Source: a virus
UHGV virus genome: UHGV-0091736
Reading direction: 5' to 3' (one strand)
DNA length: 64,000 nucleotides
Shown here: piece after piece, positions 33,747-41,456 of the stretch
Layout of the letters: the number at the start of each line of letters is the position of its first letter
Numbering within the stretch: position 1 is the first letter of the stretch
The notes under the pieces: generated by a model
Database searches by the model: none
Seen by the model: the letters and a program-made list of their open reading frames with translations, nothing else
Told to the model about the DNA's origin: nothing
Translations under genes and position numbers: made by a program

Positions 33747-34568
33747 GATATTCACCTTTCAATTGTAAGGGCGCTATTGCCCCGCTCTCTATGAGCTTGT
33801 TTAAGTCACTATTAACTTAACTCTAACCACTCACTTTTTAAGTAGTTACAGGTAAGCGGGGCGGTCTTATCAGGAGTTAACCTTGCCGCCCCCTTATCCG
33901 TGATGTTTCATCTGGTATCTTTAATTAGTCGCTATAAATAAAGCCGACCTGATAGCGATGATCAATCATCACAATAAGGCAGTGCGTCCGACTCTAATTA
34001 GTTACGTTTATTGTAACCGTCGGCAATATCGTCTACTTTGCTTTCGCTCTCGCCTATCCTTTTGTATTAACTCTCAATCGCTAGTCATCGCCCACTACGG
34101 GATACTATTGCGAAAGAGTCATTAACCGTCTAATATTCCGACGTTTTATATCTTTCAGCGAGTTTACTACATAAACCGACTATGTACTTTCATCATAAGA
34201 CGAATCTCAAGCCGTTCACATCGTAAACGTTCACACTAAACCTTATTGTTAAATAGCAATTTGCCACTTTTTAACCGCTCCCCGCCGCCCTCAATTGGGC
34301 GTTAATTTGTCGGACTTGTCTACCCTGATTAACTTCTTTCACTGTAGCGCCTTGTTAGCGATGACCGCCGCTACCCTTAACCGTGGGCGATTAGCTTAAG
34401 CCTTTGCGTGCACTCAGTGAATCCGTTTATCAGTGGTGACGTTTCCAGTAAGGGATTGCAAGACTGTTTCCTCTGATAGTTTAGAGAGCCTTACATCGTT
34501 TTATCTGGTACGCTTTCCGATGGTTATTATCATCAAGCATATTCAACCGATATAGAAGAACGTTTAAA

Positions 34569-34582
34569 TTGTTAAAGAGCGG
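34569..34582 (-). promoter_or_regulatory. boxA-like antitermination element 1 (CCGCTCTTTAACAA)
   Basis: GCTCTTTAACAATTTA is a 16-nt identity to the E. coli rrn leader boxA region as I recall it. Preceded by hairpin AGCGTG-AGTAAA-CACGCT. Confidence 0.6.
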
Positions 34583-34671
34583 TAAATCTATCAGCGTGTT
34601 TACTCACGCTATGCAACTGTTAGCCGTTGTCTCGCTTTTCACTTAAGCGGTGATTTGCTTAGTGAGTGCTC

Positions 34672-34700
34672 ATTATGAATCATGTTGTTTTAGCTGTCAA
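34672..34700 (-). promoter_or_regulatory. strong sigma70 promoter (TTGACA-N17-CATAAT)
   Basis: -35 at 34695-34700 and -10 at 34672-34677, read on the minus strand. Confidence 0.7.
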
Positions 34701-34802
34701 CCACTTTTTTAATCTTTTTCGTCGTTCCCATTATCGGGAGGATATACCAATCAGCTTTATTTGATTGGAGATTAAGCGGTGATGCTTAACTTATGATTCA
34801 TA

Positions 34803-34816
34803 TTGTTAAAGAGCGG
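34803..34816 (-). promoter_or_regulatory. boxA-like element 2 (CCGCTCTTTAACAA)
   Basis: Exact repeat of element 1. Preceded by hairpin AGCTAACAC-GAT-GTGTTAAGCT. Confidence 0.6.
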
Positions 34817-34932
34817 TTACTACATTCACAGCTTAACACATCGTGTTAGCTTGTCAACTCTTTCTATCGTCTTCTTTTTCTCTCTCTCCCTCTGTCTCGC
34901 GTGAATCTATGCGAAAGGGCAAGACGATCAGT

Positions 34933-34946
34933 TTTTAAAGAGCGGG
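34933..34946 (-). promoter_or_regulatory. boxA-like element 3 (CCCGCTCTTTAAAAA)
   Basis: About 25-35 nt downstream of the predicted TSS of the 34978-35006 promoter. Confidence 0.55.
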
Positions 34947-34977
34947 GATTTTTTAAGTCATCGCTGACTGAGTGCTC

Positions 34978-35006
34978 ATTATGAATCAGGCTTTTTCCGG
35001 TGTCAA
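34978..35006 (-). promoter_or_regulatory. strong sigma70 promoter (TTGACA-N17-CATAAT), near-duplicate of 34672-34700
   Basis: -35 at 35001-35006 and -10 at 34978-34983. Shares GATTCATAATGAGCACTCA with the other copy. Confidence 0.7.
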
Positions 35007-35042
35007 TACTCTTTTTAAGAATATTTTCACTTTTTAGCCTGA

Positions 35043-35056
35043 TTTTTAAGGAGCGG
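35043..35056 (-). promoter_or_regulatory. boxA-like element 4 (CCGCTCCTTAAAAA, degenerate)
   Basis: One substitution in the core relative to GCTCTTTAA. Confidence 0.4.
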
Positions 35057-35232
35057 TTGAAGTCTCTCTCTTCACGGGGTATTGCGTAGTTCCCAACGTT
35101 CTCTGCCACCGCGCTATAGGTAGTGGCTTAGTATCCGACAATCAGACCTTCTTCACTCGGTGAAGCCCGGCCCCTCAATTTACTGTTAGTGAGGCGGTTA
35201 CAGTGTACCTGCTACCGATTCCGTGGTGGCGT

Positions 35233-35260
35233 CTTACTGCTTGTTGCTTACTGCTTACTA
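35233..35260 (-). repeat. four tandem heptamers (minus: TAGTAAG CAGTAAG CAACAAG CAGTAAG)
   Basis: Plus strand reads CTTACTG CTTGTTG CTTACTG CTTACTA. Starts at the predicted TSS of the 35269-35296 promoter. Confidence 0.6.
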
Positions 35261-35268
35261 CGGGATTC

Positions 35269-35296
35269 ATATTACTATACAGGAAAACCCTGTCAA
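35269..35296 (-). promoter_or_regulatory. sigma70 promoter (TTGACA-N16-TAATAT)
   Basis: Read on the minus strand. Confidence 0.55.
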
Positions 35297-35382
35297 TACC
35301 CTTTTTTCAAATTATTTTTCATCTCACTGTTTTCTAAAGGAATTTATTTTATTGTCAGTAGGACACCGGAAGGAATCAGGAG

Positions 35383-35395
35383 GTAAAAGAGCGGG
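35383..35395 (-). promoter_or_regulatory. boxA-like element 5 (CCCGCTCTTTTAC; lambda-nut-like CGCTCTTxxAC)
   Basis: Read on the minus strand. Lies between the 35.5-kb terminator and the 35.29-kb promoter. Confidence 0.35.
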
Positions 35396-35493
35396 AGCGC
35401 GTGATACATCACAGGAAACGGCTTGTAAAGCAGTAATAAGCGTCCTAAAACGCATCACAACGAGCTAAAAGGGAGTAAGGCATACAATCACCT

Positions 35494-35524
35494 TAGAAAA
35501 TAGAAAAGCCTCTTAATGAGGCTT
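35494..35524 (-). terminator. Rho-independent terminator (minus)
   Basis: AAGCCUC-AUUAA-GAGGCUU then UUCUAUUUUC. Follows the 35601 stop. Confidence 0.6.
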
Positions 35525-35600
35525 ACAGGAAGGATTTAAAGCATCAGATAGATTATGACCATAGGCATGACCACGGCACAATACAGGAGAAAGATTAAGC

Positions 35601-35966
35601 CTATGGATTTACACATTGACCGTTACCGGATTCTACTTCGTTCATGGACTCATCAAAGAGTGTCAACGATGAGCGCATCAGGTGATCGACCGTGATTTGT
35701 TTACCAGTGGTTTCATTTACTAATAGAATAGTTTTACTATCTGATTGCACATGTTCGAAATCATTTACATGTAAAATAATAACTTTAGGTGACTTTTTAC
35801 CAGTGTCATAATTCTCAATCAAATAGGTGCACTGTAAACCGTCAACCGTAGCAGGGGAAAACGTTGCAGCCCTTACGCTACCCAAAGATGATAGCAGGAC
35901 ACCTAACAGGAGAACAACCAGAAAGAAGCCTACAACCATTTTAACTAAGAATTTAATAAACCACAT
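35601..35966 (-). CDS. secreted/membrane-anchored hypothetical protein (121 aa from MWFIKF..)
   Basis: N-terminal hydrophobic segment VVGFFLVVLLLGVLLSSLGSVRA. The ORF track start at 36053 is less likely. Confidence 0.5.
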   Translation of the reverse strand: MWFIKFLVKMVVGFFLVVLLLGVLLSSLGSVRAATFSPATVDGLQCTYLIENYDTGKKSPKVIILHVNDFEHVQSDSKTILLVNETTGKQITVDHLMRSSLTLFDESMNEVESGNGQCVNP

Positions 35967-36059
35967 AGCAATCAACCTTTTAGTTAAAGAACGTAAGAGT
36001 AAAGCATATCGGCGACGAATAGCGCCACTGTAGCAACGAATAAACACCGCCAAAAATAA

Positions 36060-36323
36060 TCATTCTTCATCATTGCCTTTACCTTCAAAGAGTGATACTC
36101 TAAGCAATTTAATTTCTTCCAGTGACAGAAGAATCCCACGTTGCGCCAGATAATGACCAGCTTTAACATCATCCATAATTAGAGCGACGGCAGGAAATTC
36201 TACCGCATTAATATTATCGCCACCAACAAACAAGATCAGACACTTGTCAGAATTGTCAGTATATGAGAAATCAATATCCCCATAGTTATGAGTAGGGATA
36301 GTGTAACTATGTTCTTTAGCCAT
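36060..36323 (-). CDS. hypothetical protein (87 aa)
   Basis: ORF track. Confidence 0.5.
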   Translation of the reverse strand: MAKEHSYTIPTHNYGDIDFSYTDNSDKCLILFVGGDNINAVEFPAVALIMDDVKAGHYLAQRGILLSLEEIKLLRVSLFEGKGNDEE

Positions 36324-36333
36324 GTATTAATCC

Positions 36334-37206
36334 TTACTTATTAGCCTTAATGCAGTTGGCTAGATTAACGTGAACAGTATAAACAGCATTATCAGCGTTA
36401 TTATAAACGGTAGTGGCGATCATCGACTCCTTAACCGGACCATAACTCACTAGATTGGTTACAGCTTTAACGTCTTCATAACGTTGTACAGTACCAAATG
36501 TCACCATATCCGCATCATTATCAGTGCGCTTAAGCACCAAATCATTGTTAGGCTGATTATCTAGTGTTTTAGACTGAAAGAGAACGCCTTCATTTGTTAC
36601 GTTGCTAAACTTCATTTTTAAGACAATAGTATTGCCGTCACTATCCGCACCGTTGCAAATCATCCAACCTTTATTGATGGAACTAGAGAAGACACTAGCC
36701 GCATCAGTTGCAGGAGCAGGACTAGCAACAGCCTTATCAGAAAGAGATGTGACCAGTGCACTAACACCGATCGCTGCAACCAGTGCATAACTTGCCAGAT
36801 TAACAGACTTCATAATCTTACTTGCAACAGTAGGCTTGATTGGCTGTTTCTTGTTTTTCTTGTTCCATGCTTCAACCATGACAGACAAGCGGGATAATTC
36901 AGCTTTCACATCACGGCATGACTCAGGCCAATCTTTCTGATTCCAGCTATCTAAATTTGCTTGAATGTAGCAATTAATAGCGTCCTGCATATCGGTAAAA
37001 CCGTTCTCTTTGAACGTGCTTTCATCTTCACACTGTAAAGCGTTCGCAGTAGAGTTAATGATCAAGCAAGCCAGCATTACAGAGTTTTTGAATCCTTTAC
37101 GTGCACTTTCGTTTTCCATCCACGCATCAGGACTACCAACGGTTAAGCCTAAAGATGAAAGGTTTTCGTTTGCTTTGTTCAAGTGGTTAATTGCTACTTT
37201 AGACAT
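36334..37206 (-). CDS. hypothetical protein with central transmembrane helix (290 aa)
   Basis: ORF track. SYALVAAIGVSALVTSL hydrophobic stretch. First gene of the minus arm. Confidence 0.6.
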   Translation of the reverse strand: MSKVAINHLNKANENLSSLGLTVGSPDAWMENESARKGFKNSVMLACLIINSTANALQCEDESTFKENGFTDMQDAINCYIQANLDSWNQKDWPESCRDVKAELSRLSVMVEAWNKKNKKQPIKPTVASKIMKSVNLASYALVAAIGVSALVTSLSDKAVASPAPATDAASVFSSSINKGWMICNGADSDGNTIVLKMKFSNVTNEGVLFQSKTLDNQPNNDLVLKRTDNDADMVTFGTVQRYEDVKAVTNLVSYGPVKESMIATTVYNNADNAVYTVHVNLANCIKANK

Positions 37207-37250
37207 TTGATATTCCTTATGGTTGATGAAAACTACAAACTACAATCGCA

Positions 37251-37278
37251 ACTATATAATAAAGGAAAAGGCTGTCAA
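37251..37278 (-). promoter_or_regulatory. sigma70 promoter (TTGACA-N16-TATAGT) for the leftward early operon
   Basis: -35 at 37273-37278 and -10 at 37251-37256 on the minus strand, about 40 nt upstream of the 37206 ATG. Confidence 0.65.
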
Positions 37279-37424
37279 CCATTTATTTTCTAACTTTCCT
37301 ATAACTTACTGAAAACTAAAGGAATTTAATTTACTAAACTTTCCATACTCAGAGAATCAGCTTACTGGATATTGTTACTTTATAACACTAATCCTACGGG
37401 TAACAGACCAACAGACCAGGGCAA

Positions 37425-37849
37425 ACGGGGAACACACAACCGCAGGATAGACCACGGGGAAACATAGCCAGATAGTGCGGTAGTAATATACCACTTAAAT
37501 AATTAGTTAACTATTAATAGCATTACTCAAACATCAAAGACCATTCGCTACGCTCATGCACGCTGAAAAAGAAAAGAATAAAAAGAATATAATAACCATC
37601 AAACATAATCTTTCCACTTAATTAATACATATATCATTATTGCACTCATAATAACAACTATTGAAACTATTTACACTCAAACTATGGGGGATGGGATGGT
37701 TACTATACGGTATTATTAGACCTGTTATTATCACGCCTTAACAGAGTCTAGCCTTTCATCCACTCAGTAAAGGGGAACTAAATAAACGGGTAGGTAATGT
37801 AATAGATGACATATACGGGGAAAGAATAACGGGGAGTAGGCACGGGGAA
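37425..37849 (+). repeat. ACGGGGAA iteron-like repeats (at least 5 copies) flanking an AT-rich core (about 37490-37680)
   Basis: Copies at 37425, 37454, 37815, 37829 (ACGGGGAG) and 37842, plus AAGGGGAA at 37770. Confidence 0.6.
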
Positions 37850-38000
37850 GGTTAGAACGTGGGAGGAGGTGTAAAGGCATTGCCAATAACCCTTTTTTAA
37901 ATGAGGACTCCCCCTTTTTAGGAATTCGTCGCAGAGCGCCTAGCCCCACTCGGTCAAATCAGAATTTTAAACTCTTATATATAAGGTTGAAAGAGAACTT

Positions 38001-38165
38001 ATGTGGAAAATTAAGTTAATCATTAAGCAATTCAAATGTGATCATGAGTACTATCGGATACGCAAAGCTTACGGGGATGAAAGAGTTCACTCCCTTTATA
38101 AGTCCACTTGGAGATGTAGTGAATGTGGTAAGCTTAAGCACAGCACATGGATGGATAGGCCTTAA
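38001..38165 (+). CDS. small zinc-ribbon protein (54 aa)
   Basis: Hand-translated MWKIKLIIKQFKCDHEYY..WRCSECGKLKH... Not in the ORF track because it is under 60 aa. Confidence 0.35.
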   Translation: MWKIKLIIKQFKCDHEYYRIRKAYGDERVHSLYKSTWRCSECGKLKHSTWMDRP

Positions 38166-38395
38166 CGTGACATGGCCTTTATGGGGGTGCCTTAATGTGA
38201 AGTCCCTTTTATGTTTTAACTTTTATCAGAGGGATGTATGACTGAAGATGAATATGGTAGCTTCTCTGAAGAAGACTACGAAAATGAATACAGGTATACT
38301 CACGGGTGTTAATGTGAGGTGGCCTTTACGGGTTAGATAGCCATCAAAGATGACGATATGACTAGCCCTTTATACTTTACTCAGAGGACAAAAGT

Positions 38396-38506
38396 ATGGG
38401 ATGGTTCCTGTTGGTTTTAATTCTTTTTACCACTGTTCCTATTGTTGCTGTGTTTGGTTGCATAGCCGCTGACTTATTAGGAATAAAGAAAGGAGATGAT
38501 TTATGA
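38396..38506 (+). CDS. small hydrophobic peptide (36 aa)
   Basis: MGWFLLVLILFTTVPIVAVFGCIAADLLG... ATGA overlap with the next gene. Confidence 0.3.
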   Translation: MGWFLLVLILFTTVPIVAVFGCIAADLLGIKKGDDL

Positions 38507-38859
38507 GGTTGGATTTAAGAGGTTGTACTAGGTCAGTTATATTGTTCAGAGGTTATGCTATCAAGATTCCTACTTTTAAATCTTGGAAGCTTTTCTTAAA
38601 AGGGATTCTTGCTAATCTACAAGAGAGACATTTCTCTGAGATGAAAGACCCCAACCTTTGTCCTGTAGTCTTCTCTGATAAGTTAGGTTTCTTAGTAATA
38701 ATGAAGAGGTGTAAAGAGGTTGAGCACATAGGATTGTGGATGGCAGAGATTCACACCTTGAAAGGTTCCCTTCCTAAAGAATTTTACCTGTCAGATCTTA
38801 AGCCAGAAAATTATGGATACCTAGGCGGGCGGTTGGTTAAATTAGATTATGGAGATTGA
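38503..38859 (+). CDS. minimal protein-kinase-like protein (118 aa)
   Basis: YAIKIP (VAIK-like), LQER (helix C Glu), LVIMKR (hinge-like), SDLKPENYG (catalytic loop), KLDYG (DFG-like). Ends one residue after DYG. Confidence 0.5.
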   Translation: MRLDLRGCTRSVILFRGYAIKIPTFKSWKLFLKGILANLQERHFSEMKDPNLCPVVFSDKLGFLVIMKRCKEVEHIGLWMAEIHTLKGSLPKEFYLSDLKPENYGYLGGRLVKLDYGD

Positions 38860-39083
38860 TCATGAATTTAATACTAGACTTTTTATCAGAGTTGGTGCCT
38901 CGGTTCAGAACAGAAACTTGTGCCTTTGTTAAGATATCCCCTGAAGAATTAGAATGCATCGGTCGTCTGGTTGACTTGGATGATGATGAAGAATTTGATG
39001 CAACGATGGAAGTTAGTAGCCTAGGATGGTTATTCTTCCGAGCGTTCACCACTATCAAACCACACACTTATAAGGAATATTAA
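38856..39083 (+). CDS. hypothetical acidic protein (75 aa)
   Basis: ORF track; ATGA overlap. Confidence 0.5.
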   Translation: MIMNLILDFLSELVPRFRTETCAFVKISPEELECIGRLVDLDDDEEFDATMEVSSLGWLFFRAFTTIKPHTYKEY

Positions 39084-39086
39084 TTT

Positions 39087-39488
39087 ATGTTAGACTTAAT
39101 CCACACTACTCGCCCTAATTCTAAAACTAAAACACAACCATCTACTCTGGAAGTAGTTGAATATGAATCTACTAAACATGACCACCTCCCTGACTATGCT
39201 CGTGCAATGATTGAGATGATTGAAGAAGCTGAATATGAAATGCTCCATGATTACATTACCTCCAAAGATGAATGGCATCGTGATGTTCGAATAGAAGAGG
39301 ATGGTACAGAAACAATTACGTGGATTCACAAGAGTGAGCTAGTAGACGACGCACTGCGAGACTACGAAAAATTTTTGGTCGACGGCTCTATTCTTTTAGA
39401 GGAAGGGAAGGGTGCAGAACTTCCGTGGGAAGGCGAGACGATTGCTCTTGGTAAGATGTTTAACCTGTCCGTTGGTGATTGTAAGTAA
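39087..39488 (+). CDS. hypothetical protein (133 aa)
   Basis: ORF track. Confidence 0.55.
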   Translation: MLDLIHTTRPNSKTKTQPSTLEVVEYESTKHDHLPDYARAMIEMIEEAEYEMLHDYITSKDEWHRDVRIEEDGTETITWIHKSELVDDALRDYEKFLVDGSILLEEGKGAELPWEGETIALGKMFNLSVGDCK

Positions 39489-39493
39489 TATTT

Positions 39494-39516
39494 GCCTCCG
39501 TTGGGAGGCTTTTTGT
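39494..39516 (+). terminator. Rho-independent terminator (plus)
   Basis: GCCUCC-GUUG-GGAGGC then UUUUUGUG. Confidence 0.65.
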
Positions 39517-39524
39517 GTTGTTGA

Positions 39525-39533
39525 TAATGTAGA
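39525..39533 (+). promoter_or_regulatory. TAATGTAGA promoter-like element
   Basis: 8/9 match to TAATGTATA, 12 nt before the 39545 ATG region. Confidence 0.4.
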
Positions 39534-39544
39534 AGGAGTATAAA

Positions 39545-40018
39545 ATGTTTGGAGAAAACGGAGAACTCACGCCTGCACAGGTAGCTGAGATTACAGGAAG
39601 ATTACCCGGAGTAACGGAAGAACTTGAAGGCCGTGGTATGAACCCAAGCAATGGGAAGTTTCAAAAGGGGAATAAATTCGGACGACCCAAAGGTAGTAGA
39701 GGTAAACTGACACAATTAATGTTGGACCGTGTTGCTGCAAGTCATTTGTCTCCTGATGAAGTGTTAATTCAAATTTACGAAGATCCTAATATTCCACCTG
39801 ATCTTAGATTCAAGGCTGCATCAAAAGTTGCAGATCTGGTATATCCTAAGGCGGCCTCCGTTGAAGTTAAGATTGAGGAAGAGAATGTAATCAACGAAGA
39901 ATCATTGAATGCACAAATCAAGGACTTCTTGACTGGAGCACTTGGTATCGACGTTATGCCTCCAGAAGAAGACAACTCTGAGGACGCTGAAAAGGGGGAG
40001 GAAGCGGACGAGAGTTAA
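39545..40018 (+). CDS. putative small terminase subunit
   Basis: Located immediately upstream of terL. GNKFGRPKGSRGK basic motif, acidic tail. Confidence 0.45.
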   Translation: MFGENGELTPAQVAEITGRLPGVTEELEGRGMNPSNGKFQKGNKFGRPKGSRGKLTQLMLDRVAASHLSPDEVLIQIYEDPNIPPDLRFKAASKVADLVYPKAASVEVKIEEENVINEESLNAQIKDFLTGALGIDVMPPEEDNSEDAEKGEEADES

Positions 40019-40087
40019 GTAAAGGAAAGAAGGGGAGGTTCTTTGACGAAGGGACTTTCCCTTTTCTATTTTTAAACTGGAGGAAGT

Positions 40088-40690
40088 ATGTCACTAGATA
40101 AACAAATTTATGAAGCTCTAACTGGTAACAATCTTAGTGTAGATGAAAAGAAAGCACTATTGAATATGTTGAAAGAGCGTGACCAATGGAGGAAGTATAA
40201 TAGGATTTTGTCTTTCAAGGCGTATGACTTCCAAAAGAAATTTTATGCAGCAGGATTGAAGCATAGGTTCAGGTTTCTCTGTGCGGCTAACCGAGTTGGG
40301 AAAAGTTACAGTGAAGCGTACGAATTCGCATGCCACGTTACCGGAAGATATCCAACATGGTGGACCGGTCATAAGTTTAAGAGGCCAATACTTGCGTGGG
40401 CTGTAGGGATTACAGGGGACTCAACAAGGAAAGTATTGCAAAAAGAATTATTTGGTACACCAATTGGAAAGGACACTAATCTGCTAGGTACTGGAGTTAT
40501 TCCACGAGATGCAATAGTAATAGATACTATAGAAAGGGATGGTAATAAGCTACAGATAGTACAGATTAAGCACCAGAATGAAAGGGGTGAGTTTGATGGA
40601 TTAAGTACGTTAGAATTTCGATCAACACAACAGGGTGAACATACACTGATGGGTGCTACTGTTGATTATATATGGCTGGATGAAGAGGAT
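40088..40690 (+). CDS. terL: terminase large subunit, exon 1 (ATPase through Walker B)
   Basis: CAANRVGKS (Walker A-like) and VDYIWLDEED (Walker B). The ORF then stops after 2 more codons. Confidence 0.8.
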
Positions 40691-40784
40691 TGTATATAAC
40701 ATAGCTAGAAGTGTTGGTCCTCTATAAACTCGGTGAATTGCTGGAACCTCTGACCCTTAAGTGGAAGACAATCAGCAGCGAAGA

Positions 40785-40793
40785 TAATGTATA
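40785..40793 (+). promoter_or_regulatory. TAATGTATA promoter-like element inside the terL intron, upstream of the HNH ORF
   Basis: Exact consensus, 85 nt before the 40878 start. Confidence 0.45.
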
Positions 40794-40877
40794 ACTTACT
40801 CATGATACATTATAACGTTCAACGACTATCGAAAGCATAGCCCGTATGGGTGAAGAAGCAAGTAGAGTAGATACCAA

Positions 40878-41456
40878 GTGGTATCGAAGTGCCGAGCAAA
40901 ACTAAGGAGTGATACATTGGGTAGACCTAACAAATCATTAGATTCAACCAAAACATGTTCAGTGTGCTCTGTAACAAAAGACATAGAATCTTTTGCAATA
41001 AGAACAAGAGCAATATCCACTGGAGAGGTTAGAATCTACCGTAAGTCTCAATGCAAAGAGTGCATGGCTGAGATGAGAAGGGATTGGGGTAAGAATAATC
41101 CAGATAAGATTCGTGAGAATAATAATTCTCCAAATAAGAGAGCTTGCGATAATGCAAGACGGGCTGGATTAGAAACTGCTTCTATTATCAGAGATGATGA
41201 GTATAATAAATTTGTTATGGAAGAAATGTATGAACTTCGAAATCTTAGAACAAAGGAAACTGGATTTCAATGGCATGTAGATCACATAATCCCTTTAAAA
41301 GGTAATAACGTATGTGGTTTTCATGTCTGGTATAACTTGCAGGTAGTTCCTGCTGTTTTCAACCTATCTAAGAGTAATAGTTTTGATGATATAGTCTGCT
41401 CTGCATGGAAACATGCAGCTGGAGAAATCCGGGATGAGATTAACGATCTTGTCTGA
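40878..41456 (+). CDS. HNH homing endonuclease (intron-encoded)
   Basis: [37 protein letters not shown]-terminal Cys pairs CSVC..CKEC. Confidence 0.85.
   Translation: MVSKCRAKLRSDTLGRPNKSLDSTKTCSVCSVTKDIESFAIRTRAISTGEVRIYRKSQCKECMAEMRRDWGKNNPDKIRENNNSPNKRACDNARRAGLETASIIRDDEYNKFVMEEMYELRNLRTKETGFQWHVDHIIPLKGNNVCGFHVWYNLQVVPAVFNLSKSNSFDDIVCSAWKHAAGEIRDEINDLV

Noticed and set aside
34864-35109. 81-aa minus-strand ORF in the non-coding leader
   Set aside because: It spans a consensus promoter and two boxA elements. It has no Shine-Dalgarno, and its K/R/S-rich composition comes from A-rich sequence. It was judged to be chance.
34569-35395. Possible CRISPR-like array, given the repeated 13-14-nt motif
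   Set aside because: The repeats are too short and irregularly spaced (about 117-327 nt), with degenerate copies. They match boxA rather than a CRISPR repeat, and there are no cas genes.
35189-35468. Two plus-strand ORFs (65 and 81 aa) in the leader region
   Set aside because: They run opposite to all local promoters, have no RBS, and overlap the heptamer repeats and a promoter.
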